Below, piece by piece: positions 53,893 through 62,734 of a DNA stretch of 64,000 bases. Under the pieces are notes generated by a model that was given only the letters and a program-made list of their open reading frames with translations, was not told the origin of the DNA and ran no database searches. Each line of letters begins with the position of its first letter. Position 1 is the first letter of the stretch. A program made the position numbers and the translations under genes. Source of the stretch: Candidatus Acidiferrum sp. (GTDB taxonomy: Bacteria; Chloroflexota; Dormibacteria; CF-121); the NCBI GenBank assembly GCA_035602395.1, contig DATNMH010000068.1, positions 920 to 64,919 on the forward strand. Direction: 5' to 3'.

Positions 53893-55149
53893 TTAGCTTG
53901 CGAGATATCGGGCGGCGGCCGCGGTCACGACGCGCGCGGCCCGGACGATCTCGTCGACCGAGATCCACTCATCGGTTGAGTGCGCCTGCTTGATGTCACC
54001 CGGGCCGTAGAGGATCGCCGGCGTTTCCGCTTCGTGGACCAGGAGCCGCATGTCGGAGCCGTAGGGGGCGCCGTCCGGCTCGGGCTCGACCCCGAACTCT
54101 TCGGCGTGCGCCGCCTTGAGCGCCATGAAGGCCGGGATCTCTGGATCAACCTCGACGGCATCGAACTGCCCGCCGTGCCACTCGAACTGCGGCGGATGCT
54201 CCATCAGCCACGCATCGCGCTGCGCAACGTCGGCAATCGCCGCGGCAAACTGGCGCCGCACCTCGGCGGAGGCCGTCCCAACCGGAACGCCGACCCGTCC
54301 CTCGCACTCCAAATCGTCCGGGACGGTCGACGACCACGACCCCGCCCGCAGCCGACCGATGCTCAACGGATAGGCGATCGGGTAATGCCTGAACAGTGGA
54401 TGCGGCTCTTGGTTGAGCGAGCGCTCCAATTGCCGGAGTCGAGCTTCGACCAGCTCGAACTTCTCGATGGCGCTGATGCCCTGGTAGCGAACGGAGGCGT
54501 GTGCCGACTGGCCGCGGATGCGCAGCCGGAACGATAGTGCGCCGGCCTGCGCCGGGATGATGCGAAGGCGCGTGGGTTCCAGCACGTATGCGGCATCCGC
54601 CCGGTAGCCGCGCTGCGCCATGGCGAACGTGCCGATGCCACCGTCCTCTTCGCCGACGACACTCTGGACGATCAGGCGGCCGCGCAGTGGCATACCGCTC
54701 TTCTTCAACGCCGCCGCCGCCGTGATCGCGACCGCCAGCCCGGCCTTCATGTCGCAGGCTCCTCGGCCGTAGAGGCGGCCAGCCTGGATGTGCGCCGACC
54801 AGGGGGACGCGTGCCACGCCTGCCGGTCGCCGGGGGGAACGACGTCGACGTGACCGTTGAGGATGAGTGAGCGCTCGCCCTTCTGTCCCAGGATGCCCGC
54901 GACCAGCACGGCTTCGGTGCGCTCCACCTCCATGCCCGGAAAACGCGGGTGCGCTTTCAGCCGATCGACATCGGCCTCGAAACGATCGACCGCAAGGCCG
55001 GCCTCCTCGAGCATCAGCGCAACAAGATCCTGCACCGCGCGCTCGTCACCCGTGATGGAGGGGACCCTCACGAGGTCCTGCGCCAGCCCGATGCAGGCAT
55101 CGGTGTCGAGCGACTGCAGGGCCCTTGTCTCTGCCCGCTCCCGGATCAC
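53893..55149 (-). CDS. M20-family peptidase (ArgE/DapE/acylase-like)
   Basis: LILNGHVDVVPPG, GRGACDMKAG, VVGEEDGGIG. Confidence 0.85.
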   Translation of the reverse strand: MIRERAETRALQSLDTDACIGLAQDLVRVPSITGDERAVQDLVALMLEEAGLAVDRFEADVDRLKAHPRFPGMEVERTEAVLVAGILGQKGERSLILNGHVDVVPPGDRQAWHASPWSAHIQAGRLYGRGACDMKAGLAVAITAAAALKKSGMPLRGRLIVQSVVGEEDGGIGTFAMAQRGYRADAAYVLEPTRLRIIPAQAGALSFRLRIRGQSAHASVRYQGISAIEKFELVEARLRQLERSLNQEPHPLFRHYPIAYPLSIGRLRAGSWSSTVPDDLECEGRVGVPVGTASAEVRRQFAAAIADVAQRDAWLMEHPPQFEWHGGQFDAVEVDPEIPAFMALKAAHAEEFGVEPEPDGAPYGSDMRLLVHEAETPAILYGPGDIKQAHSTDEWISVDEIVRAARVVTAAAARYLAS

Positions 55150-55167
55150 GCGCTGAGTGTAGTCGCG

Positions 55168-55911
55168 TCAGGCGGCGAGGTTGAGGGCCCCGTCGCACTC
55201 GGGGTAGCGAACGCAACTCAAGAAGACGCCGTATTTCCCATGCTTCGGCTCGATCGATGCGCGGCACTTCGGGCAGTGCCCAAACATGACCAGAAGCTCC
55301 GCGCCGTCGATCAACTCGAGCTGCGGGATCTTCTCGGCAAACTCGGTGGCCTCCGGCGTAAAGACGCCCGACGTCACGAAGAAGCCTTTCATCAATTTGC
55401 CGGCGGTGATCACTCCCGCGAACTCACGGACCTCGCGTACGTCAACGTATCCGCCGGGAAATCGTCGCTGCTTGCACTGGACGATCGCGCGTTGCTTTCC
55501 CTTCCGCAGCAAGAGATCAGTACCACCGTCAGGGCCACGCTGGCCGACCAGCTCAGCTGACCAACCCGTCGCCGTGAAGCCGGCCGCGACGAGCCGCTCG
55601 AACTCGCGCCAGGGCAACGAGCGGATCGTATCGAGCGATCGGTTTGAATCGAGCAGTCGCCACCAACCCGACCGCTTCATCTGCGCGGACACCGCCACGA
55701 TGGCAACGAAATACCCCGGGATGAAGGCGAAGAGAGGCGCAACGATGGCCGACCATTCCCATCGCACGAATGAGCCGGTGCCGCCCCAAGCCCCGAGGGT
55801 GATTAGCTGGATTGCCAGATCTACGACAAGGAAAACGGTGATGGGCAGAGCCACGGCGACGACCAGCGGTACTCGAGCAACCAGCCGATCCAGCCAGGTG
55901 AAGACGCCCAT
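55168..55911 (-). CDS. Membrane-anchored Mrr-cat restriction-endonuclease-fold protein with C-terminal topoisomerase-type C4 zinc finger
   Basis: Three or four N-terminal TM segments. GPDGGTDLLLRKGKQRAIVQCKQRR (D-(E/Q)xK core). CPKC...FLSCVRYPEC. Confidence 0.8.
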   Translation of the reverse strand: MGVFTWLDRLVARVPLVVAVALPITVFLVVDLAIQLITLGAWGGTGSFVRWEWSAIVAPLFAFIPGYFVAIVAVSAQMKRSGWWRLLDSNRSLDTIRSLPWREFERLVAAGFTATGWSAELVGQRGPDGGTDLLLRKGKQRAIVQCKQRRFPGGYVDVREVREFAGVITAGKLMKGFFVTSGVFTPEATEFAEKIPQLELIDGAELLVMFGHCPKCRASIEPKHGKYGVFLSCVRYPECDGALNLAA

Positions 55912-55953
55912 GACCGCCTTAACGCCGGCAGCGGTGAGAAGTTGCGGCGAAGC

Positions 55954-57240
55954 TCAAGGAAGGAACTGCTGGTGGCCCAGGAAAACCAGGTCCGGTGGGA
56001 TGCTCAGCACGCCCGCCAGTCCGTACACGAAGTTCCAGAACGTGGTGCTCACCGGTCCGCCCTGCCAGAGCAGGAAGAACAGTACGAGGAGTGGCAGCAT
56101 CCCGAGGCGGCTGGCAAGGATTCGTAGATCGATCGAGAGCCACGGCGCGATGATTCCAAACCCGTCGAAGGGTGGAATCGGGATCAGGTTCAAGACCACG
56201 GCGCTGAGCTCCACGAACACGAGGAAGGCAAGCGCGGCCCAGAATTGCTCGTTGCCGAACGACATGGCGCCCTGGAACACGAGGAATGGCCAGCCGACCA
56301 AGAGGGCAAAGAGGAGGTTGGATATAGGGCCCGCTGCCGAGGCGAGGCTTCGCCACCGGTTGTTGCGAATGGCCTGCTCGTTCAGGTAGACCGCACCTCC
56401 GGGGATGCCGATGCCGCCGAGCAGGAGGAAGACGACCGGCAGCCCGATGCTCAGCAATGGATGGATGTACTTCAGCGGGTTCAATGAGAGATACCCGGCG
56501 GAGGCCACCGAGCGGTCGCCACCGAGGTAGGCGATGAACGCGTGGCCGAACTCGTGGATGCAGAGAGAGGTCACCCAGCCGCCAACCACGAACAGGACGG
56601 TAAGCGGCAACGTCAGGCTTGGTGCCGCCCCTGACCACAGGCCCACGCCGCCCAGCAGCATCGCTCCTACCGGAATGCCGAAGACCGGGCTGACGCGCAC
56701 CGCACCGTCGAGCTTTGGGAGCGGTCGTTGCCGCGCATCCTTCGGCGTCGACCCGGGCGTCGTGAGGTACTGCCGGATGGCATAGATGCTCAGGCCCGCC
56801 GCCTCCAGCCGCTGCGCAGTCGTCGTCGAATCCTTGTAGAGGAGTGCCAAGAGCAGGTGCAAGGCGTCCACGCGGTAATGACCGATCTGCTCTGCCTCGC
56901 GATGCGCGTTGATCAGCAGGTAGCGGGCGGCAGGACCGATGGGCGCTGGCGCCGCCGGGCCCGCTGGGTCAAGATCCCGCCATTCCGATGCGCTGCGGAG
57001 GGACTCCAGGTTGACGTTGAGCGCGACCATCGCCTTGTGGGCCGGGTTACGCGGCGACAAGACGATCGCCGCTAGCACGTGAGTTGGCTCGGTGCGGGCG
57101 CTGCCGCTGGCGGTCGCCAATCGCTGTGCCAGCTCGATCACCTCTCGGGCGGACGCCGTCAGCGGGATCTCGTTCGCGATCTGCTTGAGCGTCCAGCCCT
57201 CGGCTGCGCTTCCGCCAAGTGGTTGCGGCGAAGTAGCCAC
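55954..57240 (-). CDS. Clp_N (Clp R) domain fused to an M50 site-2 protease
   Basis: Two Clp_N-like repeats (TEPTHVLAAIV..., VDALHLLLALLY). HEFGHAF zinc motif and NLIPIPPFDG in the TM region. Confidence 0.8.
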   Translation of the reverse strand: MATSPQPLGGSAAEGWTLKQIANEIPLTASAREVIELAQRLATASGSARTEPTHVLAAIVLSPRNPAHKAMVALNVNLESLRSASEWRDLDPAGPAAPAPIGPAARYLLINAHREAEQIGHYRVDALHLLLALLYKDSTTTAQRLEAAGLSIYAIRQYLTTPGSTPKDARQRPLPKLDGAVRVSPVFGIPVGAMLLGGVGLWSGAAPSLTLPLTVLFVVGGWVTSLCIHEFGHAFIAYLGGDRSVASAGYLSLNPLKYIHPLLSIGLPVVFLLLGGIGIPGGAVYLNEQAIRNNRWRSLASAAGPISNLLFALLVGWPFLVFQGAMSFGNEQFWAALAFLVFVELSAVVLNLIPIPPFDGFGIIAPWLSIDLRILASRLGMLPLLVLFFLLWQGGPVSTTFWNFVYGLAGVLSIPPDLVFLGHQQFLP

Positions 57241-57291
57241 GATGCCTAGAACGTCACGGGGCAGCGAATCCGGTTGACCAGAAGCTTGCGC

Positions 57292-57450
57292 TCAGGTCTT
57301 GACGGTGCCAATCCGCATCCGAAGGCGCCCTTCGATCTGACCCAGGAGCCAGGCGGCAAATTGCTCGTGCGTCGGATGCTGCTCTTTGACCACATCGAGA
57401 ACCTCGTCATGAATGCGGGTGAGCAGGTTCAGGAACTCGCTGTCGTCCAT
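57292..57450 (-). CDS. Hypothetical 52-aa protein
   Basis: Strong SD ggaggtgggga directly before ATG 57450. MDDSEFLNLLTRIHDEVLDVVKEQH... is predicted helical and acidic. Confidence 0.5.
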   Translation of the reverse strand: MDDSEFLNLLTRIHDEVLDVVKEQHPTHEQFAAWLLGQIEGRLRMRIGTVKT

Positions 57451-57519
57451 TCCCCACCTCCAGGGCGGCCGGCAATTGTAGGCGGCCGGCTGGGGAAATT
57501 GTAGACGCCCTCGGCCCAT

Positions 57520-57546
57520 AAAAAAAGCAGCCCACCGGCCGCTTTT
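57520..57546 (-). terminator. Intrinsic terminator after the Lmo0937-like gene
   Basis: On the minus strand, aaaa-gcggcc-ggtg-ggctgc-ttttttt. A 6-bp stem with one G.U pair and a 7-U tail. Confidence 0.7.
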
Positions 57547-57565
57547 CGCACCGCGACGCGCCCTT

Positions 57566-57778
57566 TCAGACGTCGGGATGCTCGACTGGTGTGTCCTCGG
57601 TGGTGTGATGGTGAGGGCGGGTGCCACCGTACATTCCGCCCGCGAGCAGGTTGTAGAGAATACCCACGATCGCCAGCAGCAGGAACAGAAAGATCAGGTT
57701 GCCGCCGACATTGGCAATGAGGCCAAGGAGCCAGAGGACGAGGAGAACGGCCACGAGGGCCCAGATCAGACGCGCCAA
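57566..57778 (-). CDS. Lmo0937-family small membrane protein
   Basis: SD ggaggtg 5 nt before TTG 57778. LIWALVAVLLVLWLLGLIANVGGNLIFLFLLLAIVGILYNLL is typical of the family. Confidence 0.75.
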   Translation of the reverse strand: MARLIWALVAVLLVLWLLGLIANVGGNLIFLFLLLAIVGILYNLLAGGMYGGTRPHHHTTEDTPVEHPDV

Positions 57779-57860
57779 GCTTTCACCTCCGCTAAGGGGT
57801 AGCTGATATTGATGCTATCATTTATCGTGGGTCGACGATGGGAAGTAGTCAAACCGTCGA

Positions 57861-58940
57861 ATGGCGCTAGCGCTAGCGGAAACCTGGCAACTGCCCGCCT
57901 CGGTAGATCCGGGCGGGCTGGTCGACCCGGTCGACTCAGCCCGGGCGGCTGGCCTGCGGTATGGATCCGACCAGGGTCCAGGCGTCCGACGGAAACGTGT
58001 CGCGAAGGCGTTCACCTACATCGCGGACGGGGTGACCATCCGCGATGCGGAGACGATCCGGCGGATCAAGAGCCTGGCCATCCCGCCGGCGTGGACGGAC
58101 GTGTGGATCTGCCCCGACCCCCGCGGCCACCTGCAAGCGACTGGGCGGGATGCAGGTGGGCGGAAGCAATATCGCTATCACGCGCGCTGGCGGGAGGTCC
58201 GGGACGCGGTCAAGTACGACCACATGCTGGCCTTCGCTGAAGCGTTACCCCGGATCCGAGAGCGGACCGACCAGCACCTCGAGCGTTCCAGCACGCCTAA
58301 AGAGAAGGTGCTCGCGACCGTGGTCCGCCTGCTCGAAGAAACCCGTATCCGTGTAGGCAACGAGGAGTACCGAAAGGAGAACGGCTCCTATGGATTGACG
58401 ACGCTGCGCAACCGCCACGTCGATGTAATCGGCTCGGAGGTGCGCTTTGCCTTTCGGGGTAAGAGCGGAAAGCACCATCGAGTGAGCCTTCACGATCGGC
58501 GGCTGGCACGGACCATCAAGCGCTTTCTCGAGATCCCCGGCCAGGAGCTGTTCCAGTACATCGATGAAGACGGGGAGCCGAAGGCGATCGAGTCGACCGA
58601 TGTCAACGACTACCTGAGGGAGATCACTGGCGAGGACTTCACCGCCAAGGACTTCCGCACCTGGGCCGGCACTATCCTCGCGGCCCGATTCCTCCGCGAA
58701 ACCTTAAGAGAACCGGAGACGCAGGGGGCGAAGCAGGAGCTGGTGCGGGCAATCGCCCGGGTTGCGGACGAGCTCGGCAACACCCCCGCGGTCTGCAAGA
58801 AGGGCTACATCCATCCGGCGGTGATCGCCGCGTACCTTGCAGGCCGCCTGAAGCCGATCAAGGAAAGAGACGACGAGGATCCCTACAAGCTCTCCGCCGA
58901 GGAACGGGGCCTGCTCGCCCTGCTGACGAAGGCGGCCTGA
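57861..58940 (+). CDS. Bacterial type IB DNA topoisomerase (poxvirus-like)
   Basis: IPPAWTDVWICPDPRGHLQATGRDAGGRKQYRYH, FRGKSGKHH, KDFRTWAGT, CKKGYIHP (catalytic Tyr context). Confidence 0.85.
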   Translation: MALALAETWQLPASVDPGGLVDPVDSARAAGLRYGSDQGPGVRRKRVAKAFTYIADGVTIRDAETIRRIKSLAIPPAWTDVWICPDPRGHLQATGRDAGGRKQYRYHARWREVRDAVKYDHMLAFAEALPRIRERTDQHLERSSTPKEKVLATVVRLLEETRIRVGNEEYRKENGSYGLTTLRNRHVDVIGSEVRFAFRGKSGKHHRVSLHDRRLARTIKRFLEIPGQELFQYIDEDGEPKAIESTDVNDYLREITGEDFTAKDFRTWAGTILAARFLRETLREPETQGAKQELVRAIARVADELGNTPAVCKKGYIHPAVIAAYLAGRLKPIKERDDEDPYKLSAEERGLLALLTKAA

Positions 58941-58941
58941 G

Positions 58942-59055
58942 AGTTAGCTCGCGCTCAGGATGAGGTAGCCGGAGATCGACAGCAGCACGAAAACGGTGAT
59001 GATGACCACCGCCGCGAAGGCGGGAAGGGTGGTTCGCCAGGCGTCGCGCGCGTCC
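58942..59055 (-). CDS. Possible 37-aa single-TM peptide (below the ORF-track size cutoff)
   Basis: MDARDAWRTTLPAFAAVVIITVFVLLSISGYLILSAS, with AGGA 9 nt upstream of the ATG. Hand-translated. Confidence 0.3.
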
Positions 59056-59122
59056 ATGACACTCAATCCTGCGGGCTGAAGTTGAAGCCCTCATGAGCGG
59101 GCCATATGAGTTCAATAAGACG

Positions 59123-59866
59123 TCAGTACCAGTAGTTGGAGCCTTCGGCTGAGCTCGAGCCGGTTGGCGCTGGCTCATCACGGATGAGACCTTTGGGCCC
59201 GGCGAGCGTCCGGACCGCTTGCTCGACCCGGGCGATGAAGGTGTCGTAATCCTCGCCGGTTTGCGGGTAAAGCGGATCGCCAAACGTAATAGTCGCCGCG
59301 TGCCGGCGTGGGATCCGACGAAAGCGTGGAAAGACCTCGTAGAGGCCGTCGATGTAGGCGGGGACGATCGGCACTCCGGCGTCGATGGCAAGGATCGCGG
59401 CGCCCTTCTTGAAGGTCCCGATGTTGCCCGTCCGCGAGAGCGTGCCCTCCGGAAAGATCACAACCGACCAGCGACGGGCCAGATGTTGCTTCAAGCGGTC
59501 GAGGGCTGGTCGAGCGCCGCCCGCGCGCGGAATCGGAAAGGTGTTGATCAAGAGCTGCGTCAGGATCGCTTCCCATTTGCGCTTGAAGATGGAGTCGGCG
59601 GCGGCGACCACGAAGGCGCGGAATCGGAAACGGGTGGGGAGCGCCTGCAGCATCACCACCGCATCTAGGGCGCTGCTGTGGTTGGAGACGAAGACCGCGC
59701 CGCCCTTGATGGACTTGACCCGGTAGCGGTCGATGACGGTGAGCGGCGAGAAGGCGCCCATCAGCGGAAAGATCAGAAAGGTCTGCATCACGGCTCGGAT
59801 GCCACGAATCGATCCCCATTGGGTCCACGAGGGAACCGTGGCCGGCGGCGGGCTCGTCGTTTCCAA
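59123..59866 (-). CDS. 1-acyl-sn-glycerol-3-phosphate acyltransferase (LPLAT/PlsC family)
   Basis: NHSSALD (HX4D) and FPEGT motifs. TTG 59866 is preceded by ggaggggaggg. Alternative starts are ATG 60001 and ATG 59788. Confidence 0.8.
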   Translation of the reverse strand: METTSPPPATVPSWTQWGSIRGIRAVMQTFLIFPLMGAFSPLTVIDRYRVKSIKGGAVFVSNHSSALDAVVMLQALPTRFRFRAFVVAAADSIFKRKWEAILTQLLINTFPIPRAGGARPALDRLKQHLARRWSVVIFPEGTLSRTGNIGTFKKGAAILAIDAGVPIVPAYIDGLYEVFPRFRRIPRRHAATITFGDPLYPQTGEDYDTFIARVEQAVRTLAGPKGLIRDEPAPTGSSSAEGSNYWY

Positions 59867-59988
59867 TTCCCTCCCCTCCGGCGGTCGCCCAGCTAAAGTA
59901 GCGGCGGGGGTGCCATGCCGGAACACCGCAAGCGTAGCAACCGAAGCTCCGTGCCGAAAGGTCCATTGAGACCGTTCCGGGCGCTCTG

Positions 59989-61014
59989 ATGGCTCGGCCA
60001 CTTCGCGCCGCCGAGGGTGTATCGGCCGAGATCAGCCGCAACCTGGCTCTCGAGCTGGTTCGCGTCACCGAGGCGGGAGCGCTGGCGAGCGCTCGCTGGA
60101 TGGGTCGGGGTGATAAGAACACGGCCGACGGCGCGGCGGTTGATGCCATGCGGCGCGCGCTCGGCATGATCCCGATGGATGGCGTGGTCGTCATTGGCGA
60201 AGGCGAGAAGGATGAGGCGCCGATGCTCTACATCGGGGAGAAGATCGGTACCGGCGAACCGCCGCAGGTCGACGTCGCCGTCGACCCGATCGACGGCACC
60301 ACCTTGCTCTCGAAGGGATTGCCGAATGCGATCTCGGTGGTGGCGATGGCGGCCGGGCGCGGCTCGCTCTACGACGCCAAGCACGTCCATTACATGCACA
60401 AGATCGCGACCGGGGCCGATGCCGCCGGCTCGCTGAACATCAATGATCCGGTCGCAGTGAACCTACAGCGAGTCGCGAGAGCGAAGCGCATGCGCGTCAG
60501 CAACCTGACCGTTATCATCCTCGACCGCCCGCGCCACGAGGGGTTGATCAAAGAAGTTCGCGACACGGGGGCCCGCATCAAGCTGATCAGCGACGGCGAC
60601 GTGGCGGGTGCCGTGATGACGGCGATCGATGGCAGCGGGCTTGACCTCCTGATGGGGATCGGCGGATCACCCGAGGCGGTGCTCGCCGCCGCCGCGCTGA
60701 AATGCCTCGGGGGCGAGATCCAGTGCAAGCTCTACGCCCGCAGCCCTGAAGAAAGGGAGAAGGCAGAAGCCGCTGGCGCAAAGTTCGATCGCGTGCTTGG
60801 CATCGACGACCTCGTCCGCAGCGACGACGTCTTCTTCGCCGCCACAGGCGTCACCGACGGCGAGGTGCTGCAAGGCGTCAAGTACCACATGAACTGGGCC
60901 GAGACCGAATCCCTGGTGACGCGCAGCCGATCCGGCACCCTCCGCAGGATCTACGCTCGGCATCACTGGGGCTACAAGCAGCGGGAGTGGTTGGGCCAGC
61001 CCGAAGAAGGCTAA
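59989..61014 (+). CDS. glpX: Class II fructose-1,6-bisphosphatase
   Basis: MGRGDKNTADGAAVDAMR, DPIDGTT, GIGGSPEAVLAAAALKCLGG. Confidence 0.9.
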   Translation: MARPLRAAEGVSAEISRNLALELVRVTEAGALASARWMGRGDKNTADGAAVDAMRRALGMIPMDGVVVIGEGEKDEAPMLYIGEKIGTGEPPQVDVAVDPIDGTTLLSKGLPNAISVVAMAAGRGSLYDAKHVHYMHKIATGADAAGSLNINDPVAVNLQRVARAKRMRVSNLTVIILDRPRHEGLIKEVRDTGARIKLISDGDVAGAVMTAIDGSGLDLLMGIGGSPEAVLAAAALKCLGGEIQCKLYARSPEEREKAEAAGAKFDRVLGIDDLVRSDDVFFAATGVTDGEVLQGVKYHMNWAETESLVTRSRSGTLRRIYARHHWGYKQREWLGQPEEG

Positions 61015-61589
61015 GGCGTCGCGGGCACCGCAGTACCCCAGCGATACATAAGGTAGGGGCCTAGGCTCAGGAAGCCGCAGGTGATCGCCGCGTGGACCAG
61101 CACCGGCGCGAGTAGCGACGGGGGCGACGGCTGCAACAGATAAATCAGGCCAAGGGTAAGACCTGCCGCCGTGGCACCGGCCACGGGACGCCAGCCCCAG
61201 CGATCGAGAAAGTGGTAACCACCGAAGACTACGGTGACGACGAGCAGGGCGAGCACCGGCGCGTTCCACCATCGAGCCAGGCTTCCCTGGAGAAATCCGC
61301 GAAAGAACAATTCCTCGATCGGGGCATTGAGGAGCAGGTAGTAGGCGCTTTGTACCAGCAGGTCTGGCTTGGTGGGAACGAACTGGCGTCCGCTGCGCCG
61401 GGAAAGGTAGGCGGCAAAAGCCGCGGCGACCACAAACGTGGCGAGGCTGAGGGGGATCGCCACCAGGAGATCGCGCAGTGGATGGGTGATCACCAAGCCG
61501 AAGTTGCGCAGCGGCATTCCCGTCAGCCAGCTGAACAGAAGGGGGATCAGTGTGAGCGGGACCAATCGCAGGAGAAGGTCGAGGCGCAT
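61011..61589 (-). CDS. CPBP-family intramembrane glutamic endopeptidase (CAAX protease-like)
   Basis: EELFFRGFL and FGGYH motifs. ATG 61589 chosen because the longer ORF would run into the Dabb gene. Confidence 0.8.
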   Translation of the reverse strand: MRLDLLLRLVPLTLIPLLFSWLTGMPLRNFGLVITHPLRDLLVAIPLSLATFVVAAAFAAYLSRRSGRQFVPTKPDLLVQSAYYLLLNAPIEELFFRGFLQGSLARWWNAPVLALLVVTVVFGGYHFLDRWGWRPVAGATAAGLTLGLIYLLQPSPPSLLAPVLVHAAITCGFLSLGPYLMYRWGTAVPATP

Positions 61590-61648
61590 CCACGACCAGC
61601 TGTTCGCAACGGTCGTCCGAACGACGGCCCGTGTCAGGGTGGGGGCTT

Positions 61649-61954
61649 TCAATCGGAATGGTCGATGACGTACTGGATCGCTTCGCGCTCCGCCATGATC
61701 GGCCGGATCAGATTCTGCAGAACGGCCAGATGATCGGGGTGGTTGGCGTAGGTGGCGAGCCCCTCTTGGTCCGTAAAGTCCGCCACCAGCGCAAAGTCGG
61801 CGTTGCCATCCTGGACGCCAACGTCGCGACCGAAACGGTAGGCGAGGATGCACGGGATCTTGCTGGGGAGTTGGTGCAAAGCGGCCTCGACTTTGGACAC
61901 ATCCGCGGCCGTCGTTTCAGGCTTCCAACGGAAGAGAGCGACGTGACGCAGCAC
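61649..61954 (-). CDS. Dabb-family stress-responsive alpha/beta-barrel protein
   Basis: MLRHVALFRWKPETT...DFALVADFTDQEGLATYANHPDHLAV. Confidence 0.85.
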   Translation of the reverse strand: MLRHVALFRWKPETTAADVSKVEAALHQLPSKIPCILAYRFGRDVGVQDGNADFALVADFTDQEGLATYANHPDHLAVLQNLIRPIMAEREAIQYVIDHSD

Positions 61955-61956
61955 GG

Positions 61957-62184
61957 CTAGGAGCGGATGGAGATCCCGGGCAGGACGGTTCGATCCAGCT
62001 CGATGAACTCCGATTCATAAGCGTCCGCGACCTCCTGGGCGCGCTCGAAGTCCTTCGGGGTGAGGTGTCCCTCGCGTCGGCGCCGGCCGAGGATCTGCTC
62101 CGACATCCGGGCCATGAGTGCGATCAGGATTGCGCTGATCGCGCCGAAAAGCAGAAAACGCAAAACGGTCCGGCCGAGTCTCAT
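61957..62184 (-). CDS. Small membrane-anchored hypothetical protein
   Basis: N-terminal TM segment LRFLLFGAISAILIALMA. TAATG junction with marR. Confidence 0.55.
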   Translation of the reverse strand: MRLGRTVLRFLLFGAISAILIALMARMSEQILGRRRREGHLTPKDFERAQEVADAYESEFIELDRTVLPGISIRS

Positions 62185-62648
62185 TAATTCGAGCTTACGC
62201 CAGGCGGCATGTCGCGCCCAAGTGGCTCGAGGGCATCGGCGACGGCCGCGAGTTGGGCCGCCGACAGGCGCTTGGAGAAGTGCTCGCGAATCCCCCGGAG
62301 GTGGACCGGCGAGGCGTGTCGCAGACGGGCTTTGCCGGTCGGCGTCAAGATCGCGAAACTTCCCCTTCGGTCGGAGGCGCAGCGGCCTCGTTTGACGAGC
62401 CCACCGCGGACCAGGCGGTCGACCAGCCGCGTCAGACCGCTGGGGCTGAGGCGGACGCGATCCGACAGCTCGGTCATCCGCAGGCGGCCGTCGGCAGCAA
62501 AGCTAAGCTGGACCAGGACATCGTATTCGGCAAGCGTGATGTCCTCTTCCTGGACCAGGTCGGCCCCCAGTCGCCGCAGTAACGAGGCCTGCGCGTCGAG
62601 GAAGGCGCGCCAGGCCCGCATTTCGACCGGTTTGAGCTTCGGAGCCAT
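62184..62648 (-). CDS. MarR-family transcriptional regulator
   Basis: Winged HTH LRMTELSDRVRLSPSGLTRLVDRLVRGGLVKRGRCASDRR. Confidence 0.9.
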   Translation of the reverse strand: MAPKLKPVEMRAWRAFLDAQASLLRRLGADLVQEEDITLAEYDVLVQLSFAADGRLRMTELSDRVRLSPSGLTRLVDRLVRGGLVKRGRCASDRRGSFAILTPTGKARLRHASPVHLRGIREHFSKRLSAAQLAAVADALEPLGRDMPPGVSSN

Positions 62649-62688
62649 GTGGAATAGATTCTCGCATCCAACTGTTGGCTAAGAGGTA

Positions 62689-62702
62689 GTTGCATCTGCA
62701 AC
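62689..62702. promoter_or_regulatory. Perfect 6-2-6 palindrome gttgca-tc-tgcaac in the marR/yceI divergent region (candidate MarR operator)
   Basis: Seen directly. A second palindrome, ccaac-t-gttgg, lies at 62668-62678. Confidence 0.35.
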
Positions 62703-62734
62703 GAATTTGAAAAGACCGGAGGAAATACAGAAGA

